Below are positions 8,999 through 17,224 of a DNA stretch of 64,000 nt, in pieces. This DNA is from Bacteroidia bacterium (GTDB taxonomy: Bacteria; Bacteroidota; Bacteroidia; Chitinophagales; Chitinophagaceae). The stretch spans positions 105,598-169,597 of the forward strand of contig JAUHYD010000004.1 of NCBI GenBank assembly GCA_030426665.1. The letters run 5' to 3'. The notes under the pieces were generated by a model. The model saw only the letters and a list, made by a program, of their open reading frames with translations. It was not told the DNA's origin and did no database searches. The position numbers and the translations under genes are program-made. Every line of letters begins with the position of its first letter. Within the stretch, counting starts at the first letter, position 1.

Positions 8999-9051
8999 AC
9001 AATAGTTGTACAAAGGCTCCAATTAATTCTCAAAACAAAATACAATAAACA

Positions 9052-9483
9052 ATGCCAACAATACCATTTTTCGATAGCAAAGACTGCGAATGGGCGGATA
9101 TGACGGTAATGGTTGCCGGATCTGTTCTAACGAAGATTACAGGTGTAAAGTACAAAGCATCAAAAGAAAAGAAGCTGCTACATGCAGCCGGAAACGAGCC
9201 GATAAGTGTGCAGGGAGGAAAGCGCAGTTATGACGGAACAATAACAGTCCTGAAAGGTGCAATCGACGATCTCAATAGAGCTGCTATTGCGGCTGGAGGA
9301 GACGACATATTAGACCTGCAGTTTGACGTAGTAGTTACCTACAAAGCAAAAGGCACACGTGCGCTACAAACCGACACGCTAATAGGGGTAGAAGTTAAGG
9401 ACTTCGAGAAAGGCTGGACACAGGGAGCGACGCAAATGGAAATTCCACTGCCCATAATTTTTCTGAAGTTGATTACAGAGTAA
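9052..9483 (+). CDS. Tail tube protein
   Basis: 143 aa after the sheath: EWADMTVMVAG, HAAGNEPISVQGGKRSYDGTITV and KGWTQGATQMEIPLP. Confidence 0.85.
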   Translation: MPTIPFFDSKDCEWADMTVMVAGSVLTKITGVKYKASKEKKLLHAAGNEPISVQGGKRSYDGTITVLKGAIDDLNRAAIAAGGDDILDLQFDVVVTYKAKGTRALQTDTLIGVEVKDFEKGWTQGATQMEIPLPIIFLKLITE

Positions 9484-9543
9484 AATCAGATTTCCCCCGT
9501 TACCCAAAATCATATTTATCAAAAAATCAAAAACATAAAGCTA

Positions 9544-9867
9544 ATGTCAAAACAAGTAAACCTGCTTATAGGTCAGGTTCCGGAATCACAAGTAAATGAA
9601 TGGAAGTCGAAGTATAGTCTTGGTATTTATGCTGTAGAAGTGAACGGGCATATAGGATATTTTAAGAACCCCGGAAGAAATGAAATGAACTGCGCTATGA
9701 GCAAGGCTGATAAAGACAAGGCACTTGCTATTTACGAAGAGTTATCCAGCCTGACATTCATTGGCGGAAGCGAAGAAGTGCTGAAGAATGACCAAATGTT
9801 TATAGGCGTTTGTCAGGAATTGAAAGTGAAACTGGATGGCAAAAAAGCGCGACTGGTAAACTTATAG
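9544..9867 (+). CDS. Tail assembly chaperone (gpG-like, short form)
   Basis: 107 aa between the tube and the tape measure: WKSKY, GYFKNPGRNE. Ends in a slippery sequence. Confidence 0.8.
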   Translation: MSKQVNLLIGQVPESQVNEWKSKYSLGIYAVEVNGHIGYFKNPGRNEMNCAMSKADKDKALAIYEELSSLTFIGGSEEVLKNDQMFIGVCQELKVKLDGKKARLVNL

Positions 9868-9901
9868 CGGAGTCATGCGGAGGACCGGCTCATGATTCCG
9901 T
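9855..9901 (+). promoter_or_regulatory. Candidate -1 programmed ribosomal frameshift signal
   Basis: In-phase heptamer G_GTA_AAC (9855-9861), a 5-nt spacer, then an 11-bp stem GCGGAGTCATG / CATGATTCCGT (9867-9901, two G-U pairs). Confidence 0.7.
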
Positions 9902-10046
9902 AGGTTACTTCGAGACAATACTGGAATATTTTCTACCCGGTCTCAATCATCGACAGCTCAGCGACGAAGCATTTGCACAAAAAATAGCACACTTGCTATA
10001 CATACGAAAACATTTGTCAGTAAACGGTGCTGACAATAGTGTGTAG
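9861..10046 (+). CDS. gpT-like extension of the tail chaperone, reached by -1 frameshift
   Basis: The -1 frame stays open across the chaperone stop (LIAESCGG...ILEYFLPG...LSDEAFAQKIAHLLYIRK) and has no ATG of its own before 9875. Confidence 0.65.
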   Translation, partial: LIAESCGGPAHDSVGYFETILEYFLPGLNHRQLSDEAFAQKIAHLLYIRKHLSVNGADNSV

Positions 10047-10068
10047 CACTTGCTCCAAACCCTAAACC

Positions 10069-11409
10069 ATGAACACAAGACGTTATAACCGATTCTCAGA
10101 TACTGGCTATGGAATCAATCTGCTATCCATCACTCTGGAAATTACACAACTAAACGACACCCTTGCAATCACAAATACTGCAATCGGAAAGCTAAGTGTT
10201 ACTAGCGGTTTACTAAGGAAAGCACTGCTACGTACGGCAACACCATTTACGTTGCACCTTTCGCCCCAGGTTTTGCATGACACAGATTACAATAATGAAG
10301 CACAGGATGGGATCGAGCGAAACCAAAGAGTAGGTAGCACAGCAGATAAAATCGGTAAACTTTCAGATATATCCGGAAGTCTGACAAAGTTCTCAGAGTT
10401 GATTGATGCAAGCAGCATCGGCGCAGGGGGTTTACAAAAGGCAGCCAAATCACTTTCCGGCGCTTCCGCCGGTGTATCAGGAGCGGCACAGCTATTGAGC
10501 GGAGCTGCTACCGGCATGGGGCTGGCGGAGGGCATGGCCGCCGCTGCAGAGTTTGCTACAGGTGTTACGACGCTTGCGGAAGTGTTTTCCGGACCTCCCG
10601 GTTGGGCAATACTTCTGGGTACTATTTTAACCGGGGTTACTGCTGCTTACCTGGATAGTGAAAGCCGGAAGCGGCAAGAAAAGAGAGAGAAAAAGGATAA
10701 GGATGAAGGAGCGCTTCAGAGCTTTCGGATGTCGTCAGAGGATGCTAACAAGTATCATTCACGCTTAGCCCAGTTGGCAAAGGGGGTAAATGTAAATACT
10801 GCAGGAATTGGCAGCGACTGGAATATGTCGTACAGCAGTCGCGATGAAGTTGTTCAAAGTTTTACTAAGCACCCCTGGAGTCCGCACTTTTCACCTGTCA
10901 TTCCGAAAGTGGACAACACCGATGTTAAACACGGCTTCGTACCTGGTTTCGTAAAGGAGAATAGTGCACTTGAGCAAGATACTCTGGCTTACGTTCAGCA
11001 ACGACCTCAGATATATTCTCACTTGTTAGCCAGAGGTTTGTCTGATGGACTTGCCGGTTTCGAAAAACTCTATCTCAAGGAAATAGCACTTGCAAAAGTG
11101 TATGACGCAAGCAACAATACCAACAAGTCAGGTATGGTAGAGTTGGTTGGCAAGGAAGTTTCTGAGGTATTACTACGGAACGCAAACCAAGGAAAAAAAG
11201 AACCGATACCAATCAGCTATGGGGGCGGAAACATTGAAACGTACAGGGGACGAGGACGTACCGCAGTTGTCAATATCAATTTGAACAAGCCAATGATTGA
11301 ACACTTTTCTATTCACACCAGCAGCACAGAAAAAAGCATCGATGAAATCAGGCACAAAGTAGAAGAAGTGCTGCTGGAGATACTAAACAGCGCAAACACA
11401 ATTAATTAA
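10069..11409 (+). CDS. Short tape-measure-like protein
   Basis: Position after the chaperone, an A/G/S-rich helical region with a hydrophobic stretch (GPPGWAILLGTILTGVTAAYL), and the C-terminal ININLNKPMIEHFSI...VEEVLLEILNSA. Confidence 0.7.
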   Translation: MNTRRYNRFSDTGYGINLLSITLEITQLNDTLAITNTAIGKLSVTSGLLRKALLRTATPFTLHLSPQVLHDTDYNNEAQDGIERNQRVGSTADKIGKLSDISGSLTKFSELIDASSIGAGGLQKAAKSLSGASAGVSGAAQLLSGAATGMGLAEGMAAAAEFATGVTTLAEVFSGPPGWAILLGTILTGVTAAYLDSESRKRQEKREKKDKDEGALQSFRMSSEDANKYHSRLAQLAKGVNVNTAGIGSDWNMSYSSRDEVVQSFTKHPWSPHFSPVIPKVDNTDVKHGFVPGFVKENSALEQDTLAYVQQRPQIYSHLLARGLSDGLAGFEKLYLKEIALAKVYDASNNTNKSGMVELVGKEVSEVLLRNANQGKKEPIPISYGGGNIETYRGRGRTAVVNINLNKPMIEHFSIHTSSTEKSIDEIRHKVEEVLLEILNSANTIN

Positions 11410-11411
11410 CG

Positions 11412-12074
11412 ATGGGAGAAATATCACTCAGTTTATCGACACTATTTGAGCAAACTTTTGGTTACAAAACCACAGCCTTTGAGCCCGAGTTCGGGGACGA
11501 AAATTCCAGTAAGCAGATTCAGCGAAAAGAGCAGGGCGCGGGAGGGTCGCCATACTACACAAATGATGCATTCGGTGTAGAATATTATATGCCTGTTACC
11601 CTTGTATATCCGGATACAACAACCTCGGGGTCTCCGCCGCCCGGTAATACACCAGCGGCTTCTGACAAGCAGTTTGTTACTCGTAAAAAATGGAGTCTCC
11701 CCTACCCGATAGTGTCGCTAAAGAGCAAGAAAACAATTGTTGAAACTGCAATGACCGAGCGGGGAGGTACACTTAAAGAGTTGATAAATATTAAGGACTA
11801 CGAAATTCTCGTGCGGGGATTTATTGTAGGGACAACAGAAGACTACCCGGAACGTGATGTAACTACCCTGCGTACTATATATGAGCAGAATACGGCGATA
11901 TCAATGCAGTGCCCGTTAACAGACATCTTTTTGTTACGACCAGATAGGAGTGGTAGTGATCAGGTGGTAATAAGTGAATTAATAATAAAAGAAAACGTCG
12001 CGGTGAAAAACATATGCGCATACGAAATGAAACTAGTAAGCGATGAACCATTTAATCTGATAAGCATAGAATAA
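11412..12074 (+). CDS. Tube-initiator / DUF6046-like protein
   Basis: LFEQTFGY, IVETAMTERGGTLKELINIKDYEILVRG and LVSDEPF, located directly after the tape measure. Confidence 0.7.
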   Translation: MGEISLSLSTLFEQTFGYKTTAFEPEFGDENSSKQIQRKEQGAGGSPYYTNDAFGVEYYMPVTLVYPDTTTSGSPPPGNTPAASDKQFVTRKKWSLPYPIVSLKSKKTIVETAMTERGGTLKELINIKDYEILVRGFIVGTTEDYPERDVTTLRTIYEQNTAISMQCPLTDIFLLRPDRSGSDQVVISELIIKENVAVKNICAYEMKLVSDEPFNLISIE

Positions 12075-13108
12075 TGTTTGTATTGAATAGCGATGTAACA
12101 ATCGGCAATTTCCGGTTTAGCGGCGTGAATGAAGTTGTAATAAAACGGAGCATTCATAGCATAGTTGAAACAGCAACCATAAAGATACCATCGATTGCAA
12201 CGATCATCACAAAAGGAAAGAAGGTCAGGGAGCGAATTACGACTGCTGACCAATTCAAAGAAGGAGATAAGGTCACAATAAAACTGGGATACAATGGTGA
12301 CTTAAAAACGGAGTTTCAAGGTTTTGTCAATAAACGAAAGATGGGTTTGCCGTTTGAAATAGAATGTGAAGGTGCGAGTTGGCTCTTAAGAAAGAACAAG
12401 CCGGAAATGAAAGTGCAACCCAAGACAATAAAGGACCTTATCGCAACTGCCGTAAGTAACGTTACCGGTGGTCATAAGATTGACATTGAATGTGACGTTG
12501 ACATTGACTTGTCGAACATAAGCCTTAATAGTCCTACGGGTTTCGAGATTGTCAACTATATATCCAAGTGTACAGACAACAATGTGATCTGCTTTTTTAT
12601 TGGCCACAACAAGCTATGGTGCGGCCTGTTGTATTCAAACTTAGCTAGCGGAAAAAAATTACCTGATACGGAAACGGTTACCTATAAGGTTCGGTACAAC
12701 ACATTACCGTTAGATAGACTAGTACCCCACAGCACAGAGGGGAAGACAGGATCCGTCGAGTACAGTCGCCGATTGACAAACGGCAGCAAAATAACCCACG
12801 TATCGACAGGGGTATCTGAAAATGAAGGGAGACATGTTATGCTGCTCAATCATATAAAAGATGTAACAGGGTTAAAGCTGCTGGCAGATGAATGGGTTTG
12901 CAAAAATGGCTACAAAGGGTATGAAGGTAGCCTTACAGGTTTTTTACAACCTTATGCCCGACCGGGGCACTGTGCAGTTGTCAACAATGCGCACACACCA
13001 GGGCTAAACGGCACCTACTTTATCGAAAGCACAGAAGTGACTTTTGGAACGGAAGGCGCGCGTAGAAAAGTTGAACTTGGTCCTAAAGTAGGCGAAAAAA
13101 ATCAGTAA
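12074..13108 (+). CDS. Baseplate hub (gpD / Mu gp44-like)
   Basis: 344 aa: SIVETATIKIP, GDKVTIKLGYNG...EFQGFV, GYEGSLTGFLQPYARPG and GTYFIESTEVTFG.EGARRKVELG. TAATG overlap with the upstream gene. Confidence 0.8.
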   Translation: MFVLNSDVTIGNFRFSGVNEVVIKRSIHSIVETATIKIPSIATIITKGKKVRERITTADQFKEGDKVTIKLGYNGDLKTEFQGFVNKRKMGLPFEIECEGASWLLRKNKPEMKVQPKTIKDLIATAVSNVTGGHKIDIECDVDIDLSNISLNSPTGFEIVNYISKCTDNNVICFFIGHNKLWCGLLYSNLASGKKLPDTETVTYKVRYNTLPLDRLVPHSTEGKTGSVEYSRRLTNGSKITHVSTGVSENEGRHVMLLNHIKDVTGLKLLADEWVCKNGYKGYEGSLTGFLQPYARPGHCAVVNNAHTPGLNGTYFIESTEVTFGTEGARRKVELGPKVGEKNQ

Positions 13109-13112
13109 TAAC

Positions 13113-13661
13113 ATGAGTAAGAACATAGCAAGAATAAGAGATGGGTTAACGTCGATTACTCGAAGGCAATATGAGATAATTGGTGGAACAGTTGTTGAAG
13201 GCAGTCTCGATGAGGGAGCAAATACAGTGAGCGTGCAACCGGATTATGATAGTCCGCCGATACACGATGTAATGCTATTGTCGGTATCGGACAGCAATAG
13301 GGGAATGACACTGACGCCTGAAGGAGGTAGCAAGGTTGTCATTTGTACAATCGATGGACCAGGTTTATGGACGATCATAAAAATGAGCGAACTGAAGAGT
13401 GTATCTGTGAAAATAGGGTCATCTACCCTTGATATTAATGACACATCTATCCGGTTGAGTGCAAACAATAGTGTGTTGGATATAGGAGACGTAATGAAAA
13501 TGAAAACGTCTGGTGAAAGTTTGTACTCCTTGCTCAATGATTTAATAGAGGGAATCACAACATTGACCGTTGGAATACCTTCCGGATCAAGCACCGTGCC
13601 TGTAAACGTCGCAACGTTCAAGGCTTTGAAAGTAAGACTAAGCAATCTTTTAAGTTCTTAA
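13113..13661 (+). CDS. Baseplate central spike (gpV / Mu gp45-like)
   Basis: OB-fold-like N-terminus (TVSVQP...DVMLLS...LTPEGGSKVVI) followed by beta-repeat strands. Position after the hub. Confidence 0.7.
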   Translation: MSKNIARIRDGLTSITRRQYEIIGGTVVEGSLDEGANTVSVQPDYDSPPIHDVMLLSVSDSNRGMTLTPEGGSKVVICTIDGPGLWTIIKMSELKSVSVKIGSSTLDINDTSIRLSANNSVLDIGDVMKMKTSGESLYSLLNDLIEGITTLTVGIPSGSSTVPVNVATFKALKVRLSNLLSS

Positions 13662-13679
13662 AAAAAAACTCGATACCCT

Positions 13680-13979
13680 ATGGCGAAACTAATGATAGAC
13701 ATACAACTTGGCGAGGATGAAGACCTGTCAATTCTTGCAGGTGACTTTCAGGTGGCAGAATCTACAGCGCAACATCAGCAACAATTGCTCCTGAATACAA
13801 AAGGAGATTTCAAAGAAAGTCCCACGGTTTGTGTGGGCGTATTTACCTATCTAAATGACGAACGCTTTCAGGGGTTAATGCGGGCAATCAATGTAGAGTT
13901 CAGCAGAGATGGAATGGAGGTGCACGAGGTCTCCCTATCTAAGCAAGGCGATATTGTCAGTGATGCAGTTTATAAATAG
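13680..13979 (+). CDS. Baseplate protein (gp25 / Mu gp46-like)
   Basis: 99 aa: GDFQVAESTAQHQQQLLLNTKGDFKESPTVCVGV...EFSRDGM. Confidence 0.7.
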   Translation: MAKLMIDIQLGEDEDLSILAGDFQVAESTAQHQQQLLLNTKGDFKESPTVCVGVFTYLNDERFQGLMRAINVEFSRDGMEVHEVSLSKQGDIVSDAVYK

Positions 13980-14008
13980 ACACCTTAACAACACACAAAA
14001 CAGGTGAA

Positions 14009-14962
14009 ATGGAAAAATCAGTACAAGTAAAACCCAACCAAAGTCTTCTGGACATTATTCTTACAGAATATGGTTCTCTTGAAGCAGGGATGAAAGTCGC
14101 AGCGGCAAATAATACCAACATAAGTAGTGTCCCTGAAGTAGGAGGGCATTTAATAATGCCAGAAGTGAAGCAGGAAATTACCGATTTCGCAAACGTTGCC
14201 TATTTGCGTCAGAATGATGTTGTAATTGGCACCTTGTCGTTACCTGGCCTGGGATATGAAATTGTCTTGAAGCCCGGTTTGGAGGTTGTTCCGAATACAT
14301 CCGGCAATCCACATACCATAGGTTATTACTCCTTTGATGTTATCGGGTCAGCTGATTTTGTTCATTTATTTCCTTTGTCCGGTGCCTATCTATCCGATAA
14401 TCAATTACAATATGAATCAGAGGAACGGTACATTTTTGGTGAGGATGCCGAGACAGCAGCACAGCTTTCTGTAACTCCAATGAGTGCACTTTCGATTCCA
14501 TACATTTTGCCCTGGTCAGTTGGGTTTGGGTACATGATTGTCTGGAGCGACCTTACACAGCCCATTGTTACCACAACATTCAAAGACTCAGAGGGAAATG
14601 AAGCATATGCCGCACCTATGACAGTTCTGGACAATATTTCTCAGGTAGTAATAGAGCAGTTTATGGGGGACATAGACGTAGAGATTGTAGCCGCGACAAA
14701 CTCAAGTATAATATTAAGACTTACCCGCAGCCACCCTCCTGTTTCGCTTACTAATTTTCGGAATGTCTCCATGGAATGGCTGGGCGAAGCCGTTTCTTCT
14801 GATCCGGACCCGTCGGATCCGGAAAACCCTGACAAATGCGTTGTCTCATTAGGTGCCGGTACACACACTATTGGTCTGAAAACGCGCTACGTCATAGAAG
14901 GTTCCAGCTCACCGGCTGCTTATCCCGCATCTGCATTTACTATGGTTATAAAAGTACATTAA
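14009..14962 (+). CDS. LysM-like baseplate protein (gpX-like) with a long C-terminal extension
   Basis: N-terminal VKPNQSLLDIILTEYGSLEAGMKVAAANN...GGHLIMP, then about 240 aa of acidic beta-rich sequence. Confidence 0.6.
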   Translation: MEKSVQVKPNQSLLDIILTEYGSLEAGMKVAAANNTNISSVPEVGGHLIMPEVKQEITDFANVAYLRQNDVVIGTLSLPGLGYEIVLKPGLEVVPNTSGNPHTIGYYSFDVIGSADFVHLFPLSGAYLSDNQLQYESEERYIFGEDAETAAQLSVTPMSALSIPYILPWSVGFGYMIVWSDLTQPIVTTTFKDSEGNEAYAAPMTVLDNISQVVIEQFMGDIDVEIVAATNSSIILRLTRSHPPVSLTNFRNVSMEWLGEAVSSDPDPSDPENPDKCVVSLGAGTHTIGLKTRYVIEGSSSPAAYPASAFTMVIKVH

Positions 14963-14975
14963 TTAAAAACAGAAA

Positions 14976-15797
14976 ATGGCTAGAACAATCGCTGAAATTC
15001 AGCAACAAATAATCGACACAAAAAACGCGGATACGACCCTTAGTGCTTATGTTTGGAGTGACAGCAAAGTGGCGATATGGCGACTATGGACTTATGTAGT
15101 AGCAGCATGTATCTGGACGCTCGAAAACCTATTCGACTACCACAAAGTTGAGGTGGAAACCATTATATCAAATCAAAAGCCACACACACTTAAATGGTAT
15201 GTTTACATGGCAAAGTTGTTTCAGTACGGCGTAACACTACCCGATGATACAGACACATATCCAACCCCATCAACTGACCCGGAAGTTGTCATTGTTCAAT
15301 ATGCCGCAGCCGTCGAGTTGTCAAATCTTGTGCGGATTAAAGTCGCCAAGAGCCCGTCAGGAACACTTGAAAGCCTGTCGGAAGAAGAGTTAGAAGCGTT
15401 TTCCGGTTATATGAATCGCATCAAAGATGCTGGTGTACGCTTACAATTGACGAGCGGAAATCCCGACATACTCAAACTTGAAGTATCTGTATTCTATGAC
15501 CCGCTTGTATTGAGCAGTACCGGAGAGCGACTGGACGGGGCTTCAACAACGCCTGTATTAGATGCTGTTAATGTTTTCCTTTCTGATCTACCGTTTAACG
15601 GTGTTTTTGTATTAAATCATTTGATAGCTGCACTGCAGAATGTAGAGGGGGTGAAAATCGGTTATGTAGTAAGCGCACAGGCTAATTACGGTACCACTCC
15701 GTTTGTTCCAATCTCTGTCAAGTACACACCGGATGCTGGTTATATGATACTCGATGAAACGTTCTTCAATGCTAATGTTACATACACAGCTGCGTAA
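14976..15797 (+). CDS. Baseplate wedge protein (gpJ-like)
   Basis: MARTIAEIQQQII, SKVAIWRLWTYVVA, PHTLKWY and YMNRIKDAGV...YTPDAGY, as in Bacteroidota myophage wedge proteins. Confidence 0.75.
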   Translation: MARTIAEIQQQIIDTKNADTTLSAYVWSDSKVAIWRLWTYVVAACIWTLENLFDYHKVEVETIISNQKPHTLKWYVYMAKLFQYGVTLPDDTDTYPTPSTDPEVVIVQYAAAVELSNLVRIKVAKSPSGTLESLSEEELEAFSGYMNRIKDAGVRLQLTSGNPDILKLEVSVFYDPLVLSSTGERLDGASTTPVLDAVNVFLSDLPFNGVFVLNHLIAALQNVEGVKIGYVVSAQANYGTTPFVPISVKYTPDAGYMILDETFFNANVTYTAA

Positions 15798-15835
15798 CGA
15801 CAATCTACTATTACAAAAATCTCGACTACACTACC

Positions 15836-16339
15836 ATGAGCTTCTTTAATATCAACTATGAAATTTTGAGTGTACAGTTATTACCGGTGCGTTTGCGCAA
15901 AAACAAAATGAAAGCGTGGATTTCATGCCTGACAATACCTATCCGTAGATTGTACAGTCTATTTATGAATAACAGGGGTAATAATCTCTACTACCTATCA
16001 AATAATAGTCAGGTATGCAATCTCGAATCTGTACTAAACGATGTCTTTGACCCTGCATATAGAGGTATATATATTGAAGACGGATTGTACAACGACCCAC
16101 TATTTACATTCCTTTTTCCGGAACTGAAACCACAGTGGCTGGCTACTCAGGCAGAATCGGGAATGACCGACTTTGACTCACCCGCCGTCCTGTTTACAAA
16201 CTCCGAGACATCCCTGCTAACAAGTGCTTTTATTGTTCGGGTGCCGGCATCTCTTTCATTTGAACCCGATAGGATGAAGGCTTTAATTAACAAGTATCGG
16301 ATACCGGGAAAAAGTGTCTACGAAATACAGACATACTAA
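15836..16339 (+). CDS. Baseplate wedge protein (gpI-like)
   Basis: LLPVRLRK...QVCNLESVLNDVFD...IYIED...FIVRVP...LINKYRIPGK.Y. Confidence 0.7.
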   Translation: MSFFNINYEILSVQLLPVRLRKNKMKAWISCLTIPIRRLYSLFMNNRGNNLYYLSNNSQVCNLESVLNDVFDPAYRGIYIEDGLYNDPLFTFLFPELKPQWLATQAESGMTDFDSPAVLFTNSETSLLTSAFIVRVPASLSFEPDRMKALINKYRIPGKSVYEIQTY

Positions 16340-16381
16340 CGCTCAATTAACTTAACGGACTTCACAATAAATATAGACAAG

Positions 16382-17221
16382 ATGAAATCAATTGACTTTA
16401 CTAAACCGGGAGGCTTCCCGCTTACTCAGGACCAACTTGGTTACCTGCAAGAGGCTTATACTGAATCAATCGGAGCATTGGCAGCCATAGGGGGTAGCGG
16501 TGCTACTCCTTACATTATCAGCGGAATTGTTATCAGCAACCCCTCAATTGGAACGTACAGTATTACCGATGGTTGGTTTTTCTACAACGGTGAAATGGTG
16601 CGGTGTCTTTCCGGAAGTGTTGTGGGCGCAAGCGGTGCTTTGGCTCCGTTTATTGTAATCAATCCGGAAAGTTCATCCTTGGTATTCAATAATGGCAGCA
16701 CACCCGATGTGATATTTGACAAGAGTGCCACAATAGTAGTGTTACCCTCCTCAACGGCAACTGATGCTACTCATTTTCCGCTTAGCTCACTGCAAAAGTT
16801 CGGTAGTAGTCTTGGCAACAACAATAGGGAAGAAGTATGGAGTTTTTTGGAGGTAGATACTCCTGCCGTCGATGGCGGTGTGGTTGGAAATATTTATTAC
16901 AAAAAGGATTACATATCTAATACGTTACACTTGAGAGGGCTGCTTACAGCTAACAACGCCCAAAACTTTGCAGGGTCTCCCGGTACGATGTTGTACCTTA
17001 TGGGAACGCTTCCCTCCGCCTACATTCCTTCAAATAGCGTGTACTTTTCTACTTATTATTTTGTAGGGACGTCCGTCAAAGATGACGTAGGGGTCAGTTG
17101 GATAAAACAAGTAAATTGTGTTGTGAATGTAGCTGGGCAAGTATTGATAAATTGGATAAAGCCAGAAGTCGGCGTAGGAGCGTATGGCGTCAATTTTAAT
17201 GTTGTAATCCCATTGGGTTAA
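16382..17221 (+). CDS. Short tail fibre / receptor-binding protein
   Basis: Anchor MKSIDFTKPGGFPLTQDQLGYLQEAY, GWFFYNGEMV and a C-terminal beta domain with GTLPSAYIP. Last gene of the module. Confidence 0.7.
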   Translation: MKSIDFTKPGGFPLTQDQLGYLQEAYTESIGALAAIGGSGATPYIISGIVISNPSIGTYSITDGWFFYNGEMVRCLSGSVVGASGALAPFIVINPESSSLVFNNGSTPDVIFDKSATIVVLPSSTATDATHFPLSSLQKFGSSLGNNNREEVWSFLEVDTPAVDGGVVGNIYYKKDYISNTLHLRGLLTANNAQNFAGSPGTMLYLMGTLPSAYIPSNSVYFSTYYFVGTSVKDDVGVSWIKQVNCVVNVAGQVLINWIKPEVGVGAYGVNFNVVIPLG

Positions 17222-17224
17222 ACA

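Larger units (their letters stand above)
3816..17221 (+). mobile_element. Phage-derived morphogenesis module (head protease, capsid, lysis cassette, contractile tail) with no recognisable portal, terminase, integrase or replication gene
   Basis: About 17 co-oriented, tightly packed, uninterrupted ORFs in Mu/P2-like myophage order, bounded by the moxR terminator and the convergent mreD. Confidence 0.85.

Noticed and set aside
3816-17221. Calling the module an eCIS (Afp/PVC/BIS-like) or a T6SS
   Set aside because: The sheath, tube and baseplate resemble Mu/P2-like Bacteroidota myophage genes. No Afp-type duplicated tubes, cap or internal ATPase, and no TssJLM/ClpV, were recognised. Head genes are present.
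3816-17221. Calling it a complete, inducible prophage
   Set aside because: No integrase or transposase, repressor, replication, terminase or portal gene is visible in the window, and both flanks are housekeeping genes.
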